Source: an uncultured Gammaproteobacteria bacterium (GTDB lineage Bacteria; Pseudomonadota; Gammaproteobacteria; UBA6002). From it: a stretch of 64,000 bases of DNA. Each line of letters opens with the position of its first letter. Within the stretch, counting starts at the first letter, position 1. Of the stretch, positions 41,772 to 51,276 are shown in pieces. The position numbers were made by a program, and so were the translations under genes. The DNA lies in the NCBI GenBank assembly GCA_963705725.1, contig CAVPKM010000007.1, forward strand, positions 93,568 through 157,567, written 5' to 3'. Below the pieces are notes generated by a model. That model made no database searches. It was not told the DNA's origin and saw nothing but the letters and a program-made list of their open reading frames with translations.

Positions 41772-41985
41772 ACCGTTTAAAGGATTAAGCGGTGAATTAG
41801 CAAGATACTCAATGGATTGTATTTAAGGATGAGTGGTTTTGTAAGGATGCAAGTTGCTAATTCTGTCTCTCCGGCTATGTAGCTGGTGAGATAAGGGTGA
41901 GGTAGTTAGGGTCTGTTTTTTCATGGACGAATCATATTAGGCAAGGATGCCTGAAACAGACCTTTACTTAATCCCCATATTTTTT
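41772..41985 (+). ncRNA. CsrA/RsmA-sequestering small RNA candidate (Rsm/Csr-like)
   Basis: Six A(A/T)GGA motifs, each in a hairpin loop, inside larger stems AATTAGCAA/TTGCTAATT and GGTCTGTTT/AAACAGACC; no ORF. Confidence 0.7.
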
Positions 41986-42124
41986 CAGCCCAAACTTCGA
42001 ATAAAATCATAATTGCTGAGAGCACAGGCAACTCGTTATCAAAAAACATTTCAAATTTTTAAAATAGTCGTTAATATATCAACCACGTTAATTGGTAATT
42101 AAATCTACAATAAGGAAGCAAATC

Positions 42125-42562
42125 ATGCGTAAACTGTCTCTGGTACTTGTTGCACTATTAACAATTTCATTTGCTGGGTGTAATAAAAATAAAAATGATA
42201 ATCCATCAATTGCAGACACCTCTGCTAAGCAAACCCAGCCAGCAGATGAACAAGCTGCTGCAACCACTGGTTCAAATGATCAAACGGCAAATGCTGATCA
42301 GAATCAACCTACTCAAGATCAAGCTGCTGCGACTCAAGATCAAGCAGGTACTGACCAATCAGCTGCTCAAGCTCAAGATAATACTACTGCAAACTCTGAT
42401 CAATCTGCCATGCAGAATCAAACAGCAGCAAATACGCCGGCTCAAGTTGATGAATCTCAACCTAGCCAGGTGCAAATTCCTGGCCTGCCAGATGCTGCTG
42501 CTACCACCCCAAGTACTGATAATACTTCTGATACGACATCTAATACAAATCCTCAGTCATAA
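42125..42562 (+). CDS. Low-complexity Q/A/T/D/N-rich lipoprotein
   Basis: MRKLSLVLVALLTISFAGC lipobox; AAGGA RBS. Confidence 0.75.
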   Translation: MRKLSLVLVALLTISFAGCNKNKNDNPSIADTSAKQTQPADEQAAATTGSNDQTANADQNQPTQDQAAATQDQAGTDQSAAQAQDNTTANSDQSAMQNQTAANTPAQVDESQPSQVQIPGLPDAAATTPSTDNTSDTTSNTNPQS

Positions 42563-42568
42563 TTTTGT

Positions 42569-42592
42569 AACGGCATGCCAAGGCATGTCGTT
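42569..42592 (+). terminator. Hairpin after lipoprotein gene
   Basis: AACGGCATGCC-AA-GGCATGTCGTT followed by a T-rich tail. Confidence 0.5.
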
Positions 42593-42648
42593 CATCTTTC
42601 ATCCTGACTTTTTCTATTTCTCATCATTACGTAAACACCGGAGTCCTT

Positions 42649-43182
42649 ATGCTTAGGCTTATTTCCTTATTACTTATTGTGTTATTCTTATCAGCATGTG
42701 CCACACCAAACACATTAGGTATTTCTAAAGCTGAATGGAACAACTATTCGCCTGTAGAGCGTGAAAAAATAAAAAGTGGCTACTATGCGATATTAAGAGG
42801 AGAGGGGAAAATAAAAAAATCAGTTTCCGATGGAAGTAGGGTGCAAGTAAAGATTTCAGGTGGAAAAATAAAACTACCTCCTTTTGCCAACTTAGAGAAT
42901 TACATTGCCACTAATTTTCTTATTCGAGATGGGCAATGCAAGACGGTCCAAATTTCTGAAGCAACAGCTAAAAATACCATTCCAATGAAAGTTTGTTATT
43001 TAAATAAAACCTTATATTTAGATCCAAGTCGTTATGAAATTGAAAAAAGTGTCGGGTCGATCCAATTGCATTATTCACCTATATGGGATAGAAGCTTCAC
43101 TTATAAAGACGTTAGCAGTAGCGGTTATGTACATCTGACAGGAGTGAATATCACTGTGGCTAGATTTCTCAATGACTCATAA
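42649..43182 (+). CDS. Hypothetical lipoprotein
   Basis: LFLSAC lipobox; 177 aa. Confidence 0.7.
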   Translation: MLRLISLLLIVLFLSACATPNTLGISKAEWNNYSPVEREKIKSGYYAILRGEGKIKKSVSDGSRVQVKISGGKIKLPPFANLENYIATNFLIRDGQCKTVQISEATAKNTIPMKVCYLNKTLYLDPSRYEIEKSVGSIQLHYSPIWDRSFTYKDVSSSGYVHLTGVNITVARFLNDS

Positions 43183-43201
43183 CTGATCCAATGGGATTGA
43201 G

Positions 43202-43873
43202 ATGAATTTACTTGCGTATGAAACTTCTTCCCCAGTTTTTTCAATCTGTTTAGAAACGCAAAATGCAACTTGGCATATTAAAGAACCTTCTCCACAACAA
43301 CATGCCAATATCATTCTAACAGCCACTGCTAATTTGCTATTTAAGGCGGGGCTTTCGCTGTTAGATATCAATGCTCTTGCCTATAGTTGCGGACCAGGAA
43401 GTTTCACTGGCATTCGTATTGGTGCGGCAGTGGTTCATGCAGTGGCTCTTAGCCATCATGTTCGATTACTGGCTATTCCGTCGTTGCAAAATTTAGCACA
43501 AGGCGTTTATCGATGTTTTGCGCATACCCAGATTCTGATTCTACTCGATGCCAAGATGAATGAGGTTTATTATGGACATTATAGGCTTTCAACAGCAGGT
43601 ATTATGGAACCTCAAGAAGCGGATAAATTATGTGCTTTTCAAGAGCTTGATATTTCTCATTTACCTGAAAATGTTATAGTTGTAACCGATCTTGAAGAAG
43701 CAAATCTTCCTGTCTTCTCGCATCATCAAATTATTAAAAAATTTTATCCGGAGGCGATTGACTTAATGCTTCTTATGAAAACAAAACTTATGGATAATGA
43801 TCAAGGAACCTTGGAAAAGGCCCTACCTATTTACTTACGTCAAGAAAATGCCTGGAAAATTGCAAAGGGATGA
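43202..43873 (+). CDS. tsaB: tRNA threonylcarbamoyladenosine biosynthesis protein TsaB
   Basis: LAYETSS, GPGSFTGIRIG, DAKMNEVY, PIYLR. Confidence 0.93.
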   Translation: MNLLAYETSSPVFSICLETQNATWHIKEPSPQQHANIILTATANLLFKAGLSLLDINALAYSCGPGSFTGIRIGAAVVHAVALSHHVRLLAIPSLQNLAQGVYRCFAHTQILILLDAKMNEVYYGHYRLSTAGIMEPQEADKLCAFQELDISHLPENVIVVTDLEEANLPVFSHHQIIKKFYPEAIDLMLLMKTKLMDNDQGTLEKALPIYLRQENAWKIAKG

Positions 43874-43884
43874 GGTATTAATAA

Positions 43885-44991
43885 ATGAAAATATTGCATA
43901 TTTATAAAACTTATTATCCTGAAACGCTAGGGGGTATTGAGTGTGTGATACAGAATATTTCAAGAGAATTGTCAAACAAAAAAGTCACGGCATCAGTCGT
44001 GGTTTGTTCAAAGCAAGCGACTAGAATAGAACGATTTGATCAAAATCAAGTGTATTATTTCAGGCAGAATTGCGAAATTGCATCCTGTCCAATAAGTTTG
44101 GCAATGTTATTGCAATTTAAGAAAATCGCACAGCAATATGATTTGCTTCACTATCATTTCCCTTGGCCATTTGCCGATTTTATTCATCTTGCGCTTCAAA
44201 TTAAAAAGCCAACAGTCATCAGCTACCATTCTGATATCGTTAGACAAGTGTTGCTAAAAAGAATGTATACACCACTGATGAAACTTTTTTTGCAACAAGC
44301 AAATCGTATTGTCGCTTCTTCACCAAATCTCTTAAGAACGAGTGAGCTTCTACAACATTACCAATCAAAAGTTGAGGTCATACCCTATGGGATTGATCAG
44401 AATCAATACCCTACACCCACCCTAGATGAGATAAATAATTGGAAAAAAGTAGTAGGATCAGATTTTTTTCTGTTCATTGGTGTATTGCGATATTATAAAG
44501 GACTGGATTATTTATTAGAGGCAGTTCGTGGAACAGATATCCCCGTTGTTATTGCGGGTTCAGGACCAGAAAGGGACAAACTGCAAGCTTTCGTAGAAAA
44601 ATATGAAATGCGAAATGTCCTATTTCTAGGTAGAATTTCGCAAGAGGCAAAAATGGCTTTATTATATCTTTGCAAAGCAGTTGTGGCCCCTTCTCATTTG
44701 CGAGCGGAAGCCTATTGTATGAGCTTATTAGAAGGATTAATGGTGGGTAAACCCATTATTTCAACAGAGCTTGGTACCGGGACTTCTTATGTCAATAAAT
44801 CAGGTTTTTCTGGCCTTGTTGTTTCTCCCAGTGATGCGATGCAACTGAGGCAAGCGATGTTACATATGCTGCATGATAACAATGATTATGCAAACTTTCA
44901 GCTAGGTGCTAAAGCACATTTTAAAGCGCACTTTAGTGCGGCTACCATGGGCGAAAGCTACCTAAAAGTGTATGAGGAATTATTAGCTTGA
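43885..44991 (+). CDS. GT4 glycosyltransferase (O-antigen mannosyl/rhamnosyltransferase-like)
   Basis: HIYKTYYP..GGIE, HYHFPWP, YHSDIVRQ, GVLRYYKGL, PSHLRAEA. Confidence 0.9.
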   Translation: MKILHIYKTYYPETLGGIECVIQNISRELSNKKVTASVVVCSKQATRIERFDQNQVYYFRQNCEIASCPISLAMLLQFKKIAQQYDLLHYHFPWPFADFIHLALQIKKPTVISYHSDIVRQVLLKRMYTPLMKLFLQQANRIVASSPNLLRTSELLQHYQSKVEVIPYGIDQNQYPTPTLDEINNWKKVVGSDFFLFIGVLRYYKGLDYLLEAVRGTDIPVVIAGSGPERDKLQAFVEKYEMRNVLFLGRISQEAKMALLYLCKAVVAPSHLRAEAYCMSLLEGLMVGKPIISTELGTGTSYVNKSGFSGLVVSPSDAMQLRQAMLHMLHDNNDYANFQLGAKAHFKAHFSAATMGESYLKVYEELLA

Positions 44992-45788
44992 ATACAATAA
45001 AGTTTAAATTAGCTGTAGAGGATATTATCAGCGGTTTACTTAAATGGCGTATTTGGGGCATTTTAGGTTGGCAAGATATCAGGATTCGCTATCGTCGTTC
45101 GCAACTGGGACCTTTCTGGATCACCCTAAGCACGGCTGTGATGATTTATACAATGGGATTTTTATATGGTTCCTTATTTCATATAAATTTAGCTGAGTAT
45201 TATCCTTATCTTGCAAGTGGAGTAATTACCTGGAATTTGATTTCTAATATTATTACCGAATCAACGGATGCTTTTATTAGCTCGCAAGTTTATATTAGAC
45301 AGATTAAATTACATTATTCTATTTTTATTCTTCAAGTATTAACGCGTAATCTCATTATTTTTTTTCATAATCTCTTGGCCTTAATTCCCATCATTATTTT
45401 TTACCATATTACTTTTTCCTTTGAGGTCATTGCTTGTTTATTGTTTGGATTACTTTTTTTCTTTGTTTGTGGTTTTTGTTATGGCACAATTCTTGCCATT
45501 ATTGGTACGCGTTATCGAGATATTAAGCAAATTATTAACAGCTTGATTCAAGTAATTTTTATGTTAACTCCTATTCTTTGGCGATCGTCAATGTTACCTC
45601 AAAAATATCTATTAGCAGCTAAACTCAACCCCTTTTATCACCTTATTACCTTGCTTCGCGCTCCTTTGTCAGGGCAAATTCCTCCTACCAATACCATTTA
45701 TGTTTGTTTAAGTATCTTATTGTTTGGAATGTTTTTACAGCTGGTATTATTAGGCCGCACCAAAAACCGCATTGCATTTTGGATATGA
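44988..45788 (+). CDS. wzm: O-antigen ABC transporter permease
   Basis: DIRIRYRRSQLGPFW, RYRDI, TPILW, NPFYH. Confidence 0.88.
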   Translation: MNTIKFKLAVEDIISGLLKWRIWGILGWQDIRIRYRRSQLGPFWITLSTAVMIYTMGFLYGSLFHINLAEYYPYLASGVITWNLISNIITESTDAFISSQVYIRQIKLHYSIFILQVLTRNLIIFFHNLLALIPIIIFYHITFSFEVIACLLFGLLFFFVCGFCYGTILAIIGTRYRDIKQIINSLIQVIFMLTPILWRSSMLPQKYLLAAKLNPFYHLITLLRAPLSGQIPPTNTIYVCLSILLFGMFLQLVLLGRTKNRIAFWI

Positions 45789-45792
45789 TTAA

Positions 45793-46539
45793 ATGGCTTC
45801 AATCTCATTAAAAAATGTGACCTTAGACTTTCCACTTTATGGGGCGAGTAATCGCTCATTAAAAAAACAGCTTCTACGAATTAGCACGGGAGGCGTAATT
45901 CGACAATCCGATAATGAAGTTGTAACAATTCGAGCAATGGATAATGTGAGTATTCATTTAAAATCAGGAGATGTAGTTGGATTAATTGGTCATAATGGAG
46001 CTGGAAAAAGCACTTTTCTGCGAGTACTTTCTGGTATCTATATGCCAACACAAGGCATGATAGAAGTGAATGGCAAAGTTTCAGCCTTACTTGATCTTTC
46101 CTTAGGCCTCGATCATGAATCCACGGGATACGAAAACATTTTTATTTACGGACTTATTCGTGGTTATAGTCGGAAAGAAATTTTAACCAAGGTACAACAA
46201 ATTATAGATTTTACTGAGCTTGGAGATTATATCTCGATGCCAATTCGAACTTACTCAGATGGAATGAGACTGCGTCTTGCTTTTAGTTTGGCAACTACAT
46301 TATCTGCAGAAATATTGTTGTTAGATGAGGTAGTTGGCGCTGGTGATAAATCCTTTATGGCCAAGGCTCAAAGAAGATTGGAGCAGCTAGTTGATGAATC
46401 TGAATTAGTCGTTTTATCTTCTCACTCTGAAGAGTTAATTAGAAAATTTTGCAATAAATTAATCTGGCTAGAAACGGGAAAAATATCTTTTTACGGTGAG
46501 GTGGAAGAATGTCTTCATCATTATTATAGTCAGGGGTGA
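45793..46539 (+). CDS. wzt: O-antigen ABC transporter ATPase
   Basis: GHNGAGKST, YSDGMRLRLAF, LLLDE. Confidence 0.9.
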   Translation: MASISLKNVTLDFPLYGASNRSLKKQLLRISTGGVIRQSDNEVVTIRAMDNVSIHLKSGDVVGLIGHNGAGKSTFLRVLSGIYMPTQGMIEVNGKVSALLDLSLGLDHESTGYENIFIYGLIRGYSRKEILTKVQQIIDFTELGDYISMPIRTYSDGMRLRLAFSLATTLSAEILLLDEVVGAGDKSFMAKAQRRLEQLVDESELVVLSSHSEELIRKFCNKLIWLETGKISFYGEVEECLHHYYSQG

Positions 46540-46638
46540 GTTAGTCTTAATGTATGGTCATCATTTAGCACACTCAGCCAATTTTTTATTCGAAGGTGGT
46601 CATATGGGCCTCAATTCTGTGTTGAATAGTTTTCATGC

Positions 46639-47898
46639 ATGAAAGTTAAGCACATTGCGATAGCTTGCACCGGCAATATCATCGAATGGTTTGATTTTGC
46701 GATATTTATTAGTTTTGCTCCTATTTTAGGGAAGGTTTATTTCCCTATGACAAATTCAAAATTCTCCACACTTGCTGCCTTTTTCGTATTTGTTACTGGC
46801 TATATTTGTCGTCCTTTGGGTGGGATTCTCTTTGGATTTTTCGGTGATACCGCTGGAAGAGTGAAGTCACTGCAAAGCTCAATTTTAATGATGAGTTTTA
46901 CCACCTTTATTATCAGCATATTGCCAGGTGAAAAAACAATCGGGGTGGCAGCTCCAATAATATTTGTTTTAACGCGAATGTTACAGGGCATTTCAACAGG
47001 TGGAGAGTATTGTGGGATTATGATTTACTTAGCTGAATCAGCTGTATTCTCTCGGCGTGGTCTTGTCACAAGTTTTGCTGGCAGTGGTGCCAATCTTGGA
47101 TTCTTGCTAGCAACATTGGTTATTATCCTATTTAACAATTTATTTTCCGTCGATTTTTTAAATGCTTGGGGATGGCGAATTCCTTTTAGTTTACTTGGAT
47201 TATTTGGTGTTATCATTTTCATTTCTCGCTTTCAATTAACAGAAACACCTGTTTACCAATCTTTGCGTTTAAACCATGCTATTCATCAAAAACCTTTATT
47301 GGCTGCAATGCGTTCTTCACCAAAAAATTTGTTGAAAATATTTTTTTTAACCTGCTTAAGTTCCACTTTTTACATTGTATTGCTTACTTATGCTCCAGAA
47401 GCTGCTTCAAAAATTTCTGGAGCAACATTTTTAAGTGCCCCACATATACAGAGTTTGTTATTAATCACGATGCTATTATTTCTTCCCTGCGGTGGATTTT
47501 TAGGTGATCGCATTGGAAGAAAAAAGATGTTAATGGGTATTTATGTTCTTATAATTTTGTTAGCCTATCCTTTATTTTATTTGCTTAATTCTCAACACGC
47601 TTTTTTAATTTTGTCAGTTTTGCTAGCGTCAGCCATTTTGAGTGCGCTGGATCAAGGCAGTAATCTTGCGGCCTTTGTTGAAAATTGTCCTAGTAACATT
47701 CGTTACAGCGGTCTTGGCTTTGCCTATAACACAGGTAACGCCATTTTTGGTGGGATTGCGCCATTAATGACGAATTTGTTAATTAATTTTGGAAACCCAC
47801 TGGCTCCTGCTTATTATCTTATTATTTGTGGCGTAATGACTTTACCAGCAATACTGACATTGTTGCCAAAGTATGTTCTGGAAATGGATAAGATCTAA
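46639..47898 (+). CDS. MFS transporter, MHS (ProP-like) family
   Basis: GNIIEWFDF, RPLGG..FG..GD..GR, R.LQG.STGGE, WGWRIPF, ETPVY. Confidence 0.92.
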   Translation: MKVKHIAIACTGNIIEWFDFAIFISFAPILGKVYFPMTNSKFSTLAAFFVFVTGYICRPLGGILFGFFGDTAGRVKSLQSSILMMSFTTFIISILPGEKTIGVAAPIIFVLTRMLQGISTGGEYCGIMIYLAESAVFSRRGLVTSFAGSGANLGFLLATLVIILFNNLFSVDFLNAWGWRIPFSLLGLFGVIIFISRFQLTETPVYQSLRLNHAIHQKPLLAAMRSSPKNLLKIFFLTCLSSTFYIVLLTYAPEAASKISGATFLSAPHIQSLLLITMLLFLPCGGFLGDRIGRKKMLMGIYVLIILLAYPLFYLLNSQHAFLILSVLLASAILSALDQGSNLAAFVENCPSNIRYSGLGFAYNTGNAIFGGIAPLMTNLLINFGNPLAPAYYLIICGVMTLPAILTLLPKYVLEMDKI

Positions 47899-47931
47899 AC
47901 TAAGTTTAAATAATGCCATTTTGTGAGGTTG

Positions 47932-47957
47932 CAGGAGGAAAGGGATATTCCCTCCTG
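47932..47957. terminator. Hairpin between convergent genes
   Basis: CAGGAGG...CCTCCTG inverted repeat. Confidence 0.45.
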
Positions 47958-47966
47958 ATAAGTTTT

Positions 47967-50129
47967 TTATTGACTTAATTTAACTTCTTGATTTGGTGCA
48001 AGTTCCAGCTGATTTGAAATTTCAAAAAATCGTGGGTAAAGCGAGAGTTTATTGTCATCAATATTCCAAGCTCGATACCCATAATTTACCATATTAAAAG
48101 CTCGATTTTCAGTATCTGGATCTAGGCCTACAAAACGCATGAAGGTGTTTCTTGACCCTAAATTACCAAATACAATGGTATCTTCTTCAGTCTTTGAATA
48201 AGTGCCAGTTGTTCCAATTGACTGCTTAAATGTAATTTTTTTGCCATCTTTGGAAAGAATAAGCAATCCGGGTTCAAGTTCGTTGAAAAAAGAAAAAATT
48301 GCTCTGATCTGATTCGGATGATCTGGCGATCGACAGGAGAATGTAATGATACGTGGATTAGCTTTAAGGTCAATTTCAAATAGATAATCTTGAAAAGAAA
48401 GCGCTTCTGGTCTGAATTTTTCAGTGTAGCTTTGTGTTAATGAGGCAGTAGTAGGTTTTTCATTTGACGTCAACGCAGCGGATATTTTTTTTCCAATCGA
48501 TGAGAACATACTTGATGTGGTCGAATTTGCATTCTGTTGTGGGCAATTTGGGAAAAAATTTGCTGTTAAATAGAGTTTGCCTGGGAAGTTTGACCAAATT
48601 GCATAGTTTGCATTTTCATAGTTATGCTTTGCATTTTCTAAATTAGTATCAAGTCCAAGAAAGCACATAAATTCATTCCGAATGTCATCATTAGGAAATG
48701 TGACAGCAAGTTCTTGACCCCGATTGGCAGGGTGAACACCACAATGACCTAACCCAGGAGATTTTGCTATTTCAATTGTTTTACCATCATCGCTTAAAGT
48801 TATCGGTATAATCTGATTGAACCTATTATAAAGTTTCAGCATTTGTTGGTGAGGGTTTAAATCACAAGTGATAGAGAGAGTAGATTCATGGGGATTTCCT
48901 GAAAATGCATAAAAATCAGTAGGAAGAGATAAAATTTCAACAATCGCTTCTTTTTGTCGCGTGAGCTCCAGTCCTAATTGTGTAGCCTGTGAGTAGAGTA
49001 CTGAAATTTTGCCCTTATTTTGGGTCTTGCCAGCTCCAAGCAGGGTATCCAGATTATAAATATTTTCTCTTGAAATTTCGCTCTTATCATGTCCATGAAC
49101 CCAATTGATTGTATAGCCTTCAAGGCCTTTGGCCCATTGAATATCCTCATAACCATCAATAGAAAAATCATCAAGTTGAGCAGGTCGTTGTAACCCTGCG
49201 TAATTTCGATTCCAGAGAATAAACTCAACGGGAGCCTCTTCACAACTAAGTTTTTTTGAGTAATAAAATTTATTTAATTTGCCTTTGTCGTAAAGAGTAT
49301 GGACTGTTTTAGCGATGACATGTTCATGAAATTTGGTTTGAATCATATTCAAAATTTCTAAAAAAGTTAGACCCTCGTGAGTCTGATCAAATTTTTCATA
49401 GAATTTTTTTGCAAGATGAATAATTTCTTTAATTCCAATTCCGGCATGGCTAAATATAGTTAATATCCTATTTTCTTCATCGAGTGTATACGAAATCAAT
49501 TCTAAACAAGATAGATAAATAATCTCATAGTTATCCAGGACTTCTTCTACCGTAGTAATTCCATACTGAAGCTCTAAATCTAATCCCATCACTGCAGATT
49601 GAGCATGCAGATCCTCTAGGATAACAGCTCTTGCTGATGGTCTTCCTGATCCTGAAGAAAAGGTGTTTTTTTCGCAAGCATAAATATACTCTTCAGTATG
49701 GTTAGAGGCATTAATTGTCGATAACACACCATTGTCGTATGCTAATCGAAGCACGATATCCATCTCTCCATCACTCTTGCCTCTATCAAATTTTTCATCG
49801 CCAAGCAATCTTACTTTCAGCGTGTTTCGCCATTTGACATTTTCATTTTTAAGTATTTCATTAAATCTATCGCGATTTTGTTGTCCTTTTGTGGCAAATT
49901 CGTGATAGCCTAGCTGATAAATAGCAACCAGTTCCTGATATTCCGCTTGATTAATACCCGATACTATTCCAAATCGAAGGAATAGGTGCAAGAGATACAG
50001 ATTATTAGCATGGACATCCCCTATAGTAATTTCACCGGTTCGCGTGATCCATTCCGCCACCACTTCGGGAGGGGGAAGCTGGTAGATGTCAACCTCTTCC
50101 TGAACTAATTTCAATGAAGGTTCTTGCAT
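47967..50129 (-). CDS. WipA/WipB-like PPP-fold phosphatase, candidate Dot/Icm effector, with duplicated C-terminal domain
   Basis: IGDVHAN, LLGDEKFDRG, SNH, SHAGIG, WNR and HGHD motifs; AGGAG RBS before ATG 50129. Confidence 0.8.
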   Translation of the reverse strand: MQEPSLKLVQEEVDIYQLPPPEVVAEWITRTGEITIGDVHANNLYLLHLFLRFGIVSGINQAEYQELVAIYQLGYHEFATKGQQNRDRFNEILKNENVKWRNTLKVRLLGDEKFDRGKSDGEMDIVLRLAYDNGVLSTINASNHTEEYIYACEKNTFSSGSGRPSARAVILEDLHAQSAVMGLDLELQYGITTVEEVLDNYEIIYLSCLELISYTLDEENRILTIFSHAGIGIKEIIHLAKKFYEKFDQTHEGLTFLEILNMIQTKFHEHVIAKTVHTLYDKGKLNKFYYSKKLSCEEAPVEFILWNRNYAGLQRPAQLDDFSIDGYEDIQWAKGLEGYTINWVHGHDKSEISRENIYNLDTLLGAGKTQNKGKISVLYSQATQLGLELTRQKEAIVEILSLPTDFYAFSGNPHESTLSITCDLNPHQQMLKLYNRFNQIIPITLSDDGKTIEIAKSPGLGHCGVHPANRGQELAVTFPNDDIRNEFMCFLGLDTNLENAKHNYENANYAIWSNFPGKLYLTANFFPNCPQQNANSTTSSMFSSIGKKISAALTSNEKPTTASLTQSYTEKFRPEALSFQDYLFEIDLKANPRIITFSCRSPDHPNQIRAIFSFFNELEPGLLILSKDGKKITFKQSIGTTGTYSKTEEDTIVFGNLGSRNTFMRFVGLDPDTENRAFNMVNYGYRAWNIDDNKLSLYPRFFEISNQLELAPNQEVKLSQ

Positions 50130-50166
50130 AAAATAAACTCCTAAAAAAATAATAATTACTGCCGAC

Positions 50167-50199
50167 ATTATATGAGCACAATATTAAATTAGTATTAAG
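50167..50199 (-). promoter_or_regulatory. PmrA box and -10 promoter
   Basis: Minus strand CTTAATACT-AA-TTTAATATT-GTGCTCA-TATAAT. Confidence 0.8.
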
Positions 50200-50288
50200 T
50201 CAACGATGTCTACCCCTTTAAAATCGGTACAAAAACTGTCATTCTCGCGCAAATTTTACTCATATAGGCTATGCTTCGAGATTTAATG

Positions 50289-50317
50289 GAACAAACTCTT
50301 ACACCGTGAGCAGTTAC
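50289..50317. repeat. 29-bp repeat / IS-end-like element upstream of msrBA
   Basis: gaacaaactcttacaccgtgagcagttac; 26/29 identical to 51232-51260. Confidence 0.75.
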
Positions 50318-50341
50318 CATAAAATAGGGAATTCCTAATTG

Positions 50342-51199
50342 ATGAAGAATAAAGATCGCAGTTTAACGCCAAAGCAACTCCATGTTATTCGTAATGCAGC
50401 AACGGAGCCACCAAGTACTGGAGAATATAATCTTCAGCACGGAGTTGGGACGTATTTATGCCGCGCATGTGGCAAGGCCCTATTTCAATCGGATTCAAAA
50501 TTTATTTCAAGTTGCGGTTGGCCAAGTTTTGACATAGCTGTGCCTAAAGCTGTTTTGTCAAGACCAGATCCAGATGGCTTACGGCAAGAAATTATTTGTA
50601 GCCATTGTCAGGCCCATCTCGGTCATGTATTTGAAGGAGAGAGGTTGACAGAAAAAAATAAGCGATATTGTGTCAATTCACTCAGCCTGGATTTTATCGA
50701 AAATACAGAAATTTTAGACACGGAAGAGGCAATACTTGCAGCAGGTTGTTTTTGGGGAGTGGAATATTTTTTTAAACAATTACCTGGCGTTCTTAAAACA
50801 GAAGTTGGTTATACGGGTGGAACTTTTCCTAATCCTGATTATAAAGTCGTATGTGATGGGATAACAGGTCACGTTGAGGCAGTTCGAATTCTTTATTCGC
50901 CAGAGATGTTAAGCTATGAATCTTTACTTAAATATTTTTTTGAAATTCATGATCCAGAACAAAGCAATGGGCAAGGTCCTGATCATGGTTCGCAGTACAG
51001 AAGTGCAATTTTTTATTATGATCAAATGCAAAAACAAGTTGCGGAAGATCTTGTCACTATTTTAGAAAATAAAGGTTGTAAGGTAGCGACATTAGTGCTT
51101 CCAGTTAATACCTTTTGGAAAGCGGAGTCTTTTCATCAGGATTATTATACAAAAATGCAGCAGAAACCTTACTGTCATACTTACACGAAGCGATTTTAA
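50342..51199 (+). CDS. msrBA: Bifunctional methionine sulfoxide reductase MsrB-MsrA fusion
   Basis: CGWPSF, HLGHVF, RYCVNS, then AAGCFWGVE, GYTGG, GHVEAV, QYRSAIF. Confidence 0.93.
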   Translation: MKNKDRSLTPKQLHVIRNAATEPPSTGEYNLQHGVGTYLCRACGKALFQSDSKFISSCGWPSFDIAVPKAVLSRPDPDGLRQEIICSHCQAHLGHVFEGERLTEKNKRYCVNSLSLDFIENTEILDTEEAILAAGCFWGVEYFFKQLPGVLKTEVGYTGGTFPNPDYKVVCDGITGHVEAVRILYSPEMLSYESLLKYFFEIHDPEQSNGQGPDHGSQYRSAIFYYDQMQKQVAEDLVTILENKGCKVATLVLPVNTFWKAESFHQDYYTKMQQKPYCHTYTKRF

Positions 51200-51205
51200 T
51201 TTAAC

Positions 51206-51260
51206 GTAACTACTATGAACGTTTGTGCGTTGAACAGGCTCTTACCCCGTGAGCAGTTAC
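51206..51260. mobile_element. 55-bp MITE-like remnant with GTAACT(A/G)CT inverted ends
   Basis: Starts gtaactact, ends agcagttac; related GTAACTATTCA motifs at 31904 and 60122. Confidence 0.5.
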
Positions 51261-51276
51261 TAATTTAACTAAGTTA

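Noticed and set aside
42171-42656. 161-aa overlapping ORF
   Set aside because: Alternative frame of the low-complexity lipoprotein; the I/K/L/Q bias is a frame artefact.
50130-50168. Longer start for the Wip-like gene
   Set aside because: It overlaps the -10 element; the RBS supports ATG 50129.
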